Both the position numbers and the translations under genes were made by a program. A stretch of DNA of 64,000 nt from Eledone cirrhosa. Taxonomy: Eukaryota. The DNA lies in assembly GCA_964016885.1 (NCBI GenBank), contig OZ024742.1, positions 8,246,001 through 8,310,000 on the forward strand. Direction: 5' to 3'. The notes under the pieces are model-generated. The model saw only the letters and a program-made list of their open reading frames with translations. It was not told where the DNA came from and made no database searches. Below, piece by piece: positions 1 through 12,052 of the stretch. Within the stretch, counting starts at the first letter, position 1; every line of letters starts with the position of its first letter.

Positions 1-216
1 GTGTGCTCTCGAAGCGTCGGGTCGTTCAGGATTGGTGGGGTACCTGAGCGAACCCTGGGTGGTCATCCCCCCTATTGGGGAATTTTTTCTTGTAATTTCA
101 TTGTTACTTTGTTAATGTGATTCATATTGTTTACTCGATTTTTCTGTAAAACCCCACTATCCCAGTCTTTTACATTGTCCCCTATATGTCGGCCCTTGTG
201 ACCAATAAATGAAATC
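1..216 (+). mobile_element. Possible 3' end of a LINE-like retroelement
   Basis: Unique sequence ending in AATAAA (about 204-209) followed by a simple-repeat tail. Family not identifiable. Confidence 0.25.
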
Positions 217-303
217 ATTATTATTAGCAGTAGTAGCAGCAGCAGTAGCAATAACAGCAGCAACAGTAGTAGTAGTAGTAGTAGCAGTAGTAGCAGCAGC
301 AGC

Positions 304-352
<49 letters not shown>
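217..352. repeat. (TAG/CAG)n trinucleotide microsatellite
   Basis: Direct inspection. Confidence 0.95.
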
Positions 353-487
353 AAATTTTACAGATGAAAATTTATAACCCGATTGATCTCATTAAGAAAA
401 CTGTTTGACAATATCTAATTATATAAGAGAAGATTTATTCTCTCCTCTACTTCTTCTTTCTTACTCATTTCTCATTTCATTCTTCTT

Positions 488-1000
488 CACATACACACAG
501 ATATATATACATACATACATACACATACACACATACATATACATACACAAAAATACACATACACACATACATACACATATATATACATACATACACATAT
601 ATACATACATACACATATACACACACACACACATATACATACATACATACGTACATACACATACTCACATACATACATGCATACACACACACGTTCAAAT
701 ACACACATACATACATACATACATACACATACGCACATACACATATACATACACATACACACACATATACATGCACACATACGTACATACACATACTCAC
801 ATACACACAAGCATACACATATACATACATACGTTCACATACATACACACACATACATACACACACACACATACATGCACACACATACACATACGTATAC
901 ATACACACATATATGCTCACATACACGCCTATTTTTTCTCATTTCTACTCTCCCTCTCTTTCTCTTTCACTCTCTCTCTAACATACACACATACATACAC
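488..1000. repeat. Degenerate (CA/TA)n microsatellite
   Basis: Direct inspection; explains the His/Thr/Tyr-rich ORFs. Confidence 0.95.
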
Positions 1001-1024
1001 AGACTCTATTTAACGCACACACAC

Positions 1025-1630
1025 TCTCCCTCTATCTTCCACCCACACCTTCCCTACCTATCTCCCCCATATCCCTCTATCTACCACCCACACCTTCCCC
1101 CACCTATCTCCCCCATCTCCCTCTATCTACCACCCACAACCTCCCCCGCCTATCTACCCCTCTCCCTCTATCTACCACCCACGCCTTCCCCCACCTACCT
1201 TTCCCTTCTCCCGCTATCTACCACCCACACCTTCCCCCCCATCTCCCTCTATCTACCATCCACAACCTCCCCCGCCTATCTCCCCCGATCCCTCTATCTA
1301 CCACCCCCACCTTCCCCCACCTACCCCCTCCCCCTCTATCTACCACACACGCCTTCCCCCACCTATCTTCTCCCCTCTCCCTCTATCTACCACCCATGCC
1401 TTCCCCCACCTATCTGCCCCTCTCCCACTATCTACCACCCACACACCTTCCCCTACCTATCTCCCCCTATATCTACCACCCACGCCTTCCCCACCTACCT
1501 CCCCTTCTCCCTCTATCTAACACCCACACATTCCACCACCAACCTCTCCCTCTATACACCACCAACACCCCCCACCACCAACCTACCCCACCCTCTACCT
1601 ACCACCCCACCTCCACCCTCTCCACCCCCT
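1025..1630. repeat. C-rich minisatellite with a ~40-45 bp unit (ctccctctatctaccacccacaccttcccccacctat)
   Basis: The motif ctctatctaccacccacaccttcccc recurs more than 10 times. Confidence 0.85.
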
Positions 1631-1817
1631 CTATTATACTTCACTACCATATATAATCTGTACAGTAACACCAACAGTCGCCATACTTCCAACTCCATCC
1701 ATTATATTTTACTATAGTTTTACCAGCATCTGTTGTCAATCCTTCCATGATTAACTCATTTCCAGCTTCTTTTCTTCACCGTCTCTTGTAATCGATGCTC
1801 TCTTGTCATCTTGTTCC

Positions 1818-1886
1818 TGTTGTTATTGTTGCTGTTGTTGCTACTACTGCTACTACTACTACTACAACAACAACAACAACAGCTAT

Positions 1887-1918
<32 letters not shown>

Positions 1919-1950
1919 ATACTACTACTACTACTACTGCTGCTACTACT

Positions 1951-1984
<34 letters not shown>

Positions 1985-2071
1985 CTACTACTACTACTAC
2001 TACTAGTACTAGTATTACTATTACTAATACTACTGTTGTTATTGTTATTGTTGTTGCTACTGTTGCTGTTG

Positions 2072-2148
<77 letters not shown>

Positions 2149-2182
2149 GTTGTTGTTATTGTTATTGTTGCTACTGTTGCTG
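1818..2182. repeat. (CTA)/(CAA)/(TTG) microsatellite block
   Basis: Direct inspection. Confidence 0.95.
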
Positions 2183-2489
2183 TCGTTTCCCTCTGAGGTC
2201 AACGTGATCGAGCAGACCAGACTTATGATTAAACACCTTTAAGCTACGACCCTCTTGTCTATTCTGTTTTCAATCATAATTTATCTACAACTATAACATC
2301 AACTCAATAGGGTTTTTGTTGTTGTTTTCATTAAGATAGTAAAGATCTCATCTGAAGACGACTTAGCAGCTGTTTTTAGTCGATAAAATGGTCAGGAAGG
2401 AGTTTCCACAATGGATCATCTTTGTTCATATCTTCATGTTTGTAATGCAGGTGAAGGAGTGACAGCTTGGTTGACCAAGTTCGTAGAAC

Positions 2490-2595
2490 ACAAGCTTAAC
2501 ACCTTTTATTTCGGATGTTTTCTCCCTGAGTTCAAATTCCGTCGAGGTAAACTTTGCATTTCATCATGCCAGGGTCTGTAAAATAAAATACCACT
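2490..2595 (+). mobile_element. Diverged tRNA-derived SINE fragment
   Basis: ctgagttcaaattccgtcgaggtaaactttgcatttcatc...aaaataaaatacca matches the SINE family repeated across the window. Confidence 0.7.
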
Positions 2596-2729
2596 AAAAT
2601 AGTAGGGTGGACATCATGGGTGGGCATAATCGGCTTTCTCTCCACACCAAAAAAAACAAATTACTAACGTAGTCCCTACACACACACTCACACACGCATA
2701 AACACACACATAAACACACACGCACACAC

Positions 2730-2837
<108 letters not shown>

Positions 2838-3102
2838 TCATTCAAAATATTAACAAAAATAGAACTTCATTGTGATCAAGTATATTTTATTATACATATT
2901 TCAGAGGTACTGAGCTAACTTGAACAGTACGTCCTCATCAGATAAAATAAGATGATGCATGACATATCCTGACATAGTAGATTGTTAAGATCCATATTTT
3001 GAATGAATATTAATAACTCTGGAAAACCAATACTGTTGAGTGCTTCCAATCTATTGTAAAACTAATTCTTTGATTTATTCATTGAACCTTGTTTAACCTT
3101 TA

Positions 3103-3106
<4 letters not shown>
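2838..3106 (-). mobile_element. Short HHR-bearing element (family A) flanked by (TA)n
   Basis: Homologous to 17360-17690 and 25915-26150; contains an HHR. Confidence 0.7.
2883..2949 (-). ncRNA. Type I hammerhead ribozyme (family A)
   Basis: Minus strand: tattttat-CTGATGA-ggacgtactg(ttcaagttagct)cagtacctct-GAAA-tatgta-TA-ataaaata. Helix I is 8 bp, helix II includes gtactg/cagtac, cleavage triplet AUA. Confidence 0.85.
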
Positions 3107-3149
<43 letters not shown>

Positions 3150-3397
3150 CAAATTTAAAGATATAGTTAGGGAGAGATCGGGAGAAAGAGTCATATATTA
3201 TTTGAGAAACACAGTATTTTGTATACATATATAACACCTACACACACACGTGTGTATGTGTGTAGGTGTGCTAGTATGTTCACCTATGTTTTACACATAT
3301 ATACTTCAGTGTTATACTTGTAGGTGTAGACACACACTCCTCATACTGCAATAGTTGAAATAAATTGTTAGTCTTACTCATCTATTTATGACACAAT

Positions 3398-3554
3398 ACA
3401 CACACACACTCTCTCACACACACACACTCTCTCTCACACACACACACTCTCTCTCACACACACACACTCTCTCACACACACTCTCTCTCACACACCATCT
3501 CTCTCTCACACACACACACTCTCTCTCACACACACACACTCTCTCACACACACA

Positions 3555-3587
<33 letters not shown>

Positions 3588-3912
3588 ACTCTCTCTCACA
3601 CACACACACTCTCTCACACACACACTCTCTCTCACACACACACACTCTCTCACACACCATCTCTCTCTCACACACACACACTCTCTCTCACACACACACA
3701 CTCTCTCACACACACACTCTCTCTCACACACACACACTCTCTCACACACACACTCTCTCTCACACACACACACTCTCTCACACACCATCTCTCTCTCACA
3801 CACACACACTCTCTCTCACACACACACACGCACACATTCTCTCTCACTCTCTCTCACACACACACTTTCTCTCTCTCTCACACACTAACACACACACTCT
3901 CTCTCTCACACA

Positions 3913-3947
<35 letters not shown>

Positions 3948-4076
3948 ACGCTCTCTCACACACACACACTCTCTCTCTCTCTCTTTCACACACACACACT
4001 CTCTCTCTCTCTCTCACACACACACTCTCTCTCTCTCACTCACACACACACACTCTCTCTCACACACACACACACT

Positions 4077-4108
<32 letters not shown>

Positions 4109-4226
4109 CTCACACACACACACACTCTATCTCACACACACACTCTCTCTCTCTCACACACACTCTCTCTCACACACACACACTCTCTCTCTCTCACACA
4201 CTCTCATTCTCTCTCACACACACACA
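3398..4226. repeat. Compound (CA)n(CT)n microsatellite
   Basis: Direct inspection. Confidence 0.95.
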
Positions 4227-4227
4227 T

Positions 4228-4870
4228 TGGTGATGGTGGTGGCGGTGGCGGTTGTGATGGTGGTGGTGGTGATGGTGGTGGTGGTGGTGGTGGTGGTGGT
4301 GGTGGTGGTGATGGTGGTGGTGGTGAAGGTGGTGGTGGTGATAGTGGTGGTGGTGGTGGTGGTGGTGGTGGTGGTGGCAGTGGTGATGGTGGTGGTGGTG
4401 GCGGTGGTGATGGTGATGGTGGTGGTGGCAAAGATCAAGACGTTTGTGTTGGTAGTTGTGATGATGGTAGTGATGGTGATGGTGGTGGTTGTGGTGGTGG
4501 TGGTGGTGGTGATGGTGGTGGTGGTGGCGGTGGTGATGGTGGTGGTGGTGGCGGTGGTGATGGTGGTGGTGGTGATGGTGGTGGTGGCAAAGATCAAGAC
4601 GTTTGTGTTGGTAGTTGTGATGATGGTAGTGATGGTGATGGTGGTGGTTGTGGTGGTGGTGGTGGTGGTGATGGTGGTGGTGGTGGCGGTGGTGATGGTG
4701 GTGGTGGTGGCGGTGGTGATGGTGATGGTGGTGGTGGCAAAGATCAAGACGTTTGTGTTGGTAGTTGTGATGATGGTAGTGATGGTGATGATGGTGGAAG
4801 TGGTTGTGGTGGTGGAAAACATCAAGATGTTTGTGATGATAGTGGTGGTGGGGGTAGTGATGGTGATGGA
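4228..4870. repeat. (GGT)n-rich repeat with a ~150-160 bp higher-order unit
   Basis: ggcaaagatcaagacgtttgtgttggtagttgtgatg recurs at about 4426, 4586 and 4736. Confidence 0.9.
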
Positions 4871-5689
4871 GGTGTTTTTTTTATTTGGGGGAGGGGGAGG
4901 GAGGGGTAATGATGTTGATATTTTCTTTGTTACTGCTGTTGTTGTTAGTAACAGTGGTAGTCGTAATAGTAATGAGGTAATAGAGGGTAGTAATGGTGGT
5001 AGTACTGATGGTGATGAGGTGGTGCTCGTGGCGGGGTGGTATTGATGAGGTGGTGGTGGTAGTAGTGGTGGTGTTGATGAGGTAGTGGTGATAGTAGTGG
5101 TGGTAGTACTGATGGTGATGAGGTGTTGGTGTTGGCGGTATTAATAGGGGGAATCATCAGTAACTGAGAACACTCTTTTAATGTTCTCAAACCCACTCAT
5201 TAAAGCCCCCTCTACAGCCCCCATCTCGTTGGTCTTTGGCAGTTTAGTATAACTACTGTATTGGGGACAGTAGTTATACTAAACTTATAATAAGACTATT
5301 ACTAACATACTATCGAAATCTATGTTAGTACCATTTAAAATATATTACATATATTTTATTTAATCTATCTCTAAAATTATGTCATTTGTTATAGCTTTTA
5401 AATCTATCAACGAATAAGTTCTTGTTGCATTTTCCTGGTTTTGTTCACTATTAGATTCGTTAATATCTCACGATTTATGCATTACTTTACATTACATCAG
5501 CTCCAAATCTCTCTTAATTTATCTAAAATCGCTTTGGGAAACCATTACCTTAGAATTCAACCAAAAATAACCCTTAATGATAGCTAAATTAAATATACCT
5601 AGCACAAACCCGCAGCTATTCAACCATCATTGTTTCGCTATTTGGGATCTTTTTTCTCCATTTTACCACATATTAATTACTTCCATATT

Positions 5690-6280
5690 ATGGTTTTATC
5701 ATTTCGTCTTCAGTTTTTTCTCTCTCTAGATCATGTTACTACACCTATCAACTGATTTGTCCCATCAATCTATAATCTGTTTATTTAACTAATTCAAGTT
5801 ATTCCTAAACTGTTTGATTAGGCTGGTTATCTTTGCTATTGGCACATTTGCTTCTGGACCACTTAAATATATGAAAATGTCGATAAAAGCAAATTTTAAA
5901 GCAATTCTCAGTCGGGCTGATATAATTCCCGGGGCAACGAAATTATCAGTGTGGACTTTGATACACTAGATTAGAGGTTTTGAAATAGCATTACTATTAA
6001 GGAGATAATTGCTTGGGGTGATGTAAGTATAAGTAGGAAAAGAGACTATATTGTTTTTGTATATATTATTGATTATTTAAGGGTTTCTGGAATTGAAATG
6101 GTTAATGGAGCTAGGAAGTATTTTTCCAACAGTAATAGCTTATCTTAATCGCATTTCTATTAAATAGCTTCTGGTATGCATGATTTATCGGGAAATGAAA
6201 GATATTAAGATTAAGAAGACTTTAGTGATATGTGTACGAAGATCGAAACTAACATCAGGATAATACCATATATTATTTAT
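5690..6280 (-). pseudogene. Heavily degraded Penelope-like element linker and GIY-YIG endonuclease region
   Basis: Minus-strand translation across frameshifts gives WYYPDVSFDLRTHITKVFL..KLFNRNAIKISYYCWKN..NLVYQ..NYISPTENCFKICFYRHFHIFK, resembling the PLE motifs KLFNRNxIKISYSC and VYQ..YIGxTE..FKxRFYxH. Confidence 0.6.
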
Positions 6281-6340
6281 TGACCTATAACTACACATTA
6301 TAAACATTAGTATGGCTTGAATATTTCCAAGGTTTTATAA

Positions 6341-6528
6341 TAATTGTTTCTACGTTTGGCACAAGGCCAGCAATTACCCAGTGCATTACTGGTACTTTAT
6401 TTTATCGACCCCGTAAGGGTGAAAGGCAAAGTTAACCTCGACGGGATTTGAACTCAGATCGTAAAGGGACGTAACTATGCTGGAAAGCATGGCGCCCGAC
6501 CTTCTATCGATACTGCCAAATCACCGCC
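6341..6528 (-). mobile_element. tRNA-derived SINE (main family of this window)
   Basis: Sense strand has an A-box-like tggcagtatcgatag, B-box gagttcaaatcc, central gcctttca..cttacggggtcgataaaataaagtaccag domain and an (ATT)-type tail. More than 10 copies in the window. Confidence 0.85.
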
Positions 6529-6627
6529 ATATTATTATAAAACAAAGCTTTTATAATAATAAACATAAAGAGTATGTGTTTCCTAAATTTCTTAGTGCCC
6601 ATGTAATGTGGCTTTGTGTCAAACCCA

Positions 6628-6645
6628 TATTATATATATATATAT

Positions 6646-6738
<93 letters not shown>

Positions 6739-6746
6739 GTGAGAGA
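6628..6746. repeat. (TA)n(GA)n microsatellite
   Basis: Direct inspection. Confidence 0.95.
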
Positions 6747-6933
6747 CTATAATGTTTCGTTTATATATATTTAGGATTTATTGTGTATGGAAGTGGAAGG
6801 TGCTGGTTGAACTGTAAAGATAAGGAGTTAGCCTCTGCCACACCTCGTAATCAGTACAGTCACGCTTCGAGATACTCTGGTCAAGCGTCTTCTTACATAG
6901 CTTCAGGTTGAACAATAAATTATATACACATAC

Positions 6934-7013
<80 letters not shown>

Positions 7014-7102
7014 TACACAGATTAAAGTTTAAGCAAAGAATCGCTGCTTTCACCCTTATCGAATCCTCTTTGGATTTTAGTCTTTACATTTATTATTATT
7101 AC

Positions 7103-7137
<35 letters not shown>

Positions 7138-7223
7138 AAAACTAATATTAAGGGTTGTCATGTCTGAGAGACATGCGCCATATCCACTGTAGAATAAGCT
7201 CAAAGATCCCAATGAATAGATAA

Positions 7224-7280
<57 letters not shown>

Positions 7281-7283
<3 letters not shown>

Positions 7284-7991
7284 AAGCAGTTTTAAAATAG
7301 TATGACCTTTATTCAACAGAGTGCTCGATATTTAGGATAGTGGAGTATGGCTATATTAGAAAGAATCGGGGCCCGACGGCTGAGCGCTTACCGTTTCAAC
7401 AGCTAGTTCCAGACAAGGTATATATATATATAACTAGAAATAGATTGACATATATATATATATATATAAAATAAACATATGAAACAATCACAGGGAATAA
7501 TTTGTAAAGAATGTAAGCAGACATAGCTAGTTAGGTAACCAAATAAGTTTAACTAGAACTTCAAATATAGATACCTTTTAAAATGATTAATCTCCTTTGT
7601 ATATATTTCTTTAAGTAAGAAATATATTTCACCAATTAATCCGTAAAACACAGTAATCAGATTCTTGGATGTTCACCAAAGGAGAAGAAGAATTTTTTAA
7701 AAGGTATCTATATTTGAAGTTCTAGTTAAACTTATTTGGTTACCTAACTAGCAATGTCTGCTTACATTCTTTACAAATTATTCCCTGTGATTGTTTCATG
7801 TTTATTTTATATATATATATATGTCAATCTATTTCTAGTTATATATATATATACCTTGTCTGGAACTAGCTGTTGAAACGGTAAGCGCTCAGCCGTCGGG
7901 CCCCGATTCTTTCTAATATAGCCATACTCCACTATCCTAAATATCGAGCACTCTGTTGAATAAAGGTCATACTATTTTAAAACTGCTTCAA
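7281..7991. repeat. ~300-bp near-perfect inverted repeat between (TA)n tracts; probable PLE pLTR ends
   Basis: 7281-7583 is the reverse complement of 7695-7991. The arms carry a GAAA-cgg...ccg-TC hammerhead half and are homologous to 18160-18262. Confidence 0.85.
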
Positions 7992-8075
7992 TATATATGT
8001 ATATATATATATATACATATAAAATATTAAACAAATAATGAATAAACAATTCCTTATATTGAACAAAAAAAGTTC

Positions 8076-8223
8076 ATTATTTAACGATCGTTTCTAGGAT
8101 ATATATGTGTTAGAGTTGGCATGCATATTCAACAGATCTATGTACAAAATTATACAAAATTATACAAACTATCAAGATTAAATATACATACCAACACATA
8201 TATACGCCGTCTTCAGAAATAAT
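8076..8223 (-). ncRNA. Type I hammerhead ribozyme with greatly extended helix II (family B)
   Basis: attattt-CTGAAGA-[~115 nt hairpin: tatatatgtgttggtatgtatat...atatgcatgccaac..acacatatata]-GAAA-cgatcg-TT-aaataat. Helix I is 7 bp and helix III is palindromic (ACGATCGT). Confidence 0.75.
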
Positions 8224-8233
8224 ATATATATAC

Positions 8234-8286
<53 letters not shown>

Positions 8287-8287
8287 C

Positions 8288-8367
<80 letters not shown>

Positions 8368-8372
8368 TTATA

Positions 8373-8418
<46 letters not shown>

Positions 8419-8536
8419 TAGACATAGAATATTCGAAAATATTCTGTATGTTTATAATAAACATTTTGAAGACCTAATCGCTATAGAATAGAATACGTCA
8501 CGTATTACAATTAGATTCTCGATAAAAGCAAGGGAA

Positions 8537-8579
8537 GTAATCTACGCGTTTCATTCTTATTAGAAATCTTCAGGACTAC
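8537..8579 (-). ncRNA. Type I hammerhead ribozyme (310-bp unit)
   Basis: Reverse complement of gtagtc-CTGAAGA-tttctaataagaat-GAAA-cgcg-TA-gattac. Confidence 0.9.
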
Positions 8580-8846
8580 ATATCCAGTGCTTTTATCGAG
8601 AATGACACAGCTAGAGACTTATAGAATACTTAGCTGTGTACAGGAACTGGTTTGAAAGAGCGGTTGCCGGTCCGGCAGAAATTAGAAATTGGAATAAATG
8701 CTCTGAAATAGCGATATATATGTGAATATAGACATAGAATATTCGAAAATATTCTGTATGTTTATAATAAACATTTTGAAGACCTAATCGCTATAGAATA
8801 GAATACGTCACGTATTACAATTAGATTCTCGATAAAAGCAAGGGAA

Positions 8847-8889
8847 GTAATCTACGCGTTTCATTCTTATTAGAAATCTTCAGGACTAC
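8847..8889 (-). ncRNA. Type I hammerhead ribozyme (310-bp unit)
   Basis: Identical copy, +310. Confidence 0.9.
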
Positions 8890-9156
8890 ATATCCAGTGC
8901 TTTTATCGAGAATGACACAGCTAGAGACTTATAGAATACTTAGCTGTGTACAGGAACTGGTTTGAAAGAGCGGTTGCCGGTCCGGCAGAAATTAGAAATT
9001 GGAATAAATGCTCTGAAATAGCGATATATATGTGAATATAGACATAGAATATTCGAAAATATTCTGTATGTTTATAATAAACATTTTGAAGACCTAATCG
9101 CTATAGAATAGAATACGTCACGTATTACAATTAGATTCTCGATAAAAGCAAGGGAA

Positions 9157-9199
9157 GTAATCTACGCGTTTCATTCTTATTAGAAATCTTCAGGACTAC
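9157..9199 (-). ncRNA. Type I hammerhead ribozyme (310-bp unit)
   Basis: Identical copy, +620. Confidence 0.9.
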
Positions 9200-9625
9200 A
9201 TATCCAGTGCTTTTATCGAGAATGACACAGCTAGAGACTTATAGAATACTTAGCTGTGTACAGGAACTGGTTTGAAAGAGCGGTTGCCGGTCCGGCAGAA
9301 ATTAGAAATTGGAATAAATGCTCTGAAATAGCGATATATATGTGAATATAGACATAGAATATTCGAAAATATTCTGTATGTTTATAATAAACATTTTGAA
9401 GACCTATTCTATAGCGATTAGGTCTTCAAAATGTTTATTATAAACATACAGAATATCTTCGAATATTCTATGTCTATATTCACATATATATCGCTATTTC
9501 AGAGCATTTATTCCAATTTCTAATTTCTGCCGGACCGGCAACCGCTCTTTCAAACCAGTTCCTGTACACAGCTAAGTATTCTATAAGTCTCTAGCTGTGT
9601 CATTCTCGATAAAAGCACTGGATAT

Positions 9626-9668
9626 GTAGTCCTGAAGATTTCTAATAAGAATGAAACGCGTAGATTAC
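9626..9668 (+). ncRNA. Type I hammerhead ribozyme (310-bp unit)
   Basis: gtagtc-CTGAAGA-t-ttct(aata)agaa-t-GAAA-cgcg-TA-gattac. Helix I gtagtc/gattac, palindromic helix III ACGCGT, predicted GUA cleavage after 9662. Confidence 0.9.
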
Positions 9669-9935
9669 TTCCCTTGCTTTTATCGAGAATCTAATTGTAA
9701 TACGTGACGTATTCTATTCTATAGCGATTAGGTCTTCAAAATGTTTATTATAAACATACAGAATATTTTCGAATATTCTATGTCTATATTCACATATATA
9801 TCGCTATTTCAGAGCATTTATTCCAATTTCTAATTTCTGCCGGACCGGCAACCGCTCTTTCAAACCAGTTCCTGTACACAGCTAAGTATTCTATAAGTCT
9901 CTAGCTGTGTCATTCTCGATAAAAGCACTGGATAT

Positions 9936-9978
9936 GTAGTCCTGAAGATTTCTAATAAGAATGAAACGCGTAGATTAC
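9936..9978 (+). ncRNA. Type I hammerhead ribozyme (310-bp unit)
   Basis: Identical copy. Confidence 0.9.
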
Positions 9979-10245
9979 TTCCCTTGCTTTTATCGAGAAT
10001 CTAATTGTAATACGTGACGTATTCTATTCTATAGCGATTAGGTCTTCAAAATGTTTATTATAAACATACAGAATATTTTCGAATATTCTATGTCTATATT
10101 CACATATATATCGCTATTTCAGAGCATTTATTCCAATTTCTAATTTCTGCCGGACCGGCAACCGCTCTTTCAAACCAGTTCCTGTACACAGCTAAGTATT
10201 CTATAAGTCTCTAGCTGTGTCATTCTCGATAAAAGCACTGGATAT

Positions 10246-10288
10246 GTAGTCCTGAAGATTTCTAATAAGAATGAAACGCGTAGATTAC
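10246..10288 (+). ncRNA. Type I hammerhead ribozyme (310-bp unit)
   Basis: Identical copy. Confidence 0.9.
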
Positions 10289-10555
10289 TTCCCTTGCTTT
10301 TATCGAGAATCTAATTGTAATACGTGACGTATTCTATTCTATAGCGATTAGGTCTTCAAAATGTTTATTATAAACATACAGAATATTTTCGAATATTCTA
10401 TGTCTATATTCACATATATATCGCTATTTCAGAGCATTTATTCCAATTTCTAATTTCTGCCGGACCGGCAACCGCTCTTTCAAACCAGTTCCTGTACACA
10501 GCTAAGTATTCTATAAGTCTCTAGCTGTGTCATTCTCGATAAAAGCACTGGATAT

Positions 10556-10598
10556 GTAGTCCTGAAGATTTCTAATAAGAATGAAACGCGTAGATTAC
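10556..10598 (+). ncRNA. Type I hammerhead ribozyme (310-bp unit)
   Basis: Identical copy. Confidence 0.9.
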
Positions 10599-10865
10599 TT
10601 CCCTTGCTTTTATCGAGAATCTAATTGTAATACGTGACGTATTCTATTCTATAGCGATTAGGTCTTCAAAATGTTTATTATAAACATACAGAATATTTTC
10701 GAATATTCTATGTCTATATTCACATATATATCGCTATTTCAGAGCATTTATTCCAATTTCTAATTTCTGCCGGACCGGCAACCGCTCTTTCAAACCAGTT
10801 CCTGTACACAGCTAAGTATTCTATAAGTCTCTAGCTGTGTCATTCTCGATAAAAGCACTGGATAT

Positions 10866-10908
10866 GTAGTCCTGAAGATTTCTAATAAGAATGAAACGCG
10901 TAGATTAC
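10866..10908 (+). ncRNA. Type I hammerhead ribozyme (310-bp unit)
   Basis: Identical copy. Confidence 0.9.
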
Positions 10909-11175
10909 TTCCCTTGCTTTTATCGAGAATCTAATTGTAATACGTGACGTATTCTATTCTATAGCGATTAGGTCTTCAAAATGTTTATTATAAACATACA
11001 GAATATTTTCGAATATTCTATGTCTATATTCACATATATATCGCTATTTCAGAGCATTTATTCCAATTTCTAATTTCTGCCGGACCGGCAACCGCTCTTT
11101 CAAACCAGTTCCTGTACACAGCTAAGTATTCTATAAGTCTCTAGCTGTGTCATTCTCGATAAAAGCACTGGATAT

Positions 11176-11218
11176 GTAGTCCTGAAGATTTCTAATAAGA
11201 ATGAAACGCGTAGATTAC
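11176..11218 (+). ncRNA. Type I hammerhead ribozyme (310-bp unit)
   Basis: Identical copy. Confidence 0.9.
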
Positions 11219-11485
11219 TTCCCTTGCTTTTATCGAGAATCTAATTGTAATACGTGACGTATTCTATTCTATAGCGATTAGGTCTTCAAAATGTTTATTA
11301 TAAACATACAGAATATTTTCGAATATTCTATGTCTATATTCACATATATATCGCTATTTCAGAGCATTTATTCCAATTTCTAATTTCTGCCGGACCGGCA
11401 ACCGCTCTTTCAAACCAGTTCCTGTACACAGCTAAGTATTCTATAAGTCTCTAGCTGTGTCATTCTCGATAAAAGCACTGGATAT

Positions 11486-11528
11486 GTAGTCCTGAAGATT
11501 TCTAATAAGAATGAAACGCGTAGATTAC
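11486..11528 (+). ncRNA. Type I hammerhead ribozyme (310-bp unit)
   Basis: Identical copy. Confidence 0.9.
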
Positions 11529-11681
11529 TTCCCTTGCTTTTATCGAGAATCTAATTGTAATACGTGACGTATTCTATTCTATAGCGATTAGGTCTTCAAA
11601 ATGTTTATTATAAACATACAGAATATTTTCGAATATTCTATGTCTATATTCACATATATATCGCTATTTCAGAGCATTTAT

Positions 11682-11740
<59 letters not shown>

Positions 11741-11753
11741 CATATATATATAT

Positions 11754-11868
<115 letters not shown>

Positions 11869-12052
11869 AATCTACCAAAATATACGGTAGTGTCCAATCC
11901 GTATGAAGAACTCAATGTAATCCAAATATCATGAAAAGAGAGGATGTATTCAAAAATGTTTTCGATGAAAATCACAGGAAAAGAGAGTCAAGATAAATTA
12001 ATAAAAGCAATGAGTAAAAACAAAGAAACAGTTCCTTATATTAAAAGATTCA

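Larger units (their letters stand above)
8414..11686. mobile_element. 310-bp tandem array with one hammerhead per unit (retrozyme-like or PLE pLTR-derived) and an internal inversion
   Basis: ggtcttcaaa recurs at 9421, 9731, 10041, 10351, 10661, 10971, 11281 and 11591. Reverse-complement units have gacctaatcg at 8471, 8781 and 9091. Junction at about 9406; (TA)n on both flanks. Confidence 0.95.

Noticed and set aside
2352-2390. CTGAAGA-cgact...agtcg hammerhead-like start
   Set aside because: No GAAA after the stem and no helix I.
6845-6912. Minus-strand CTGAAGC...GAAG motif
   Set aside because: Both core segments are mutated and the helices are unconvincing.
8414-11686. Protein coding or 5S/tRNA gene array in the 310-bp unit
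   Set aside because: No meaningful ORF, no 5S or tRNA fold and no Pol III boxes recognised.
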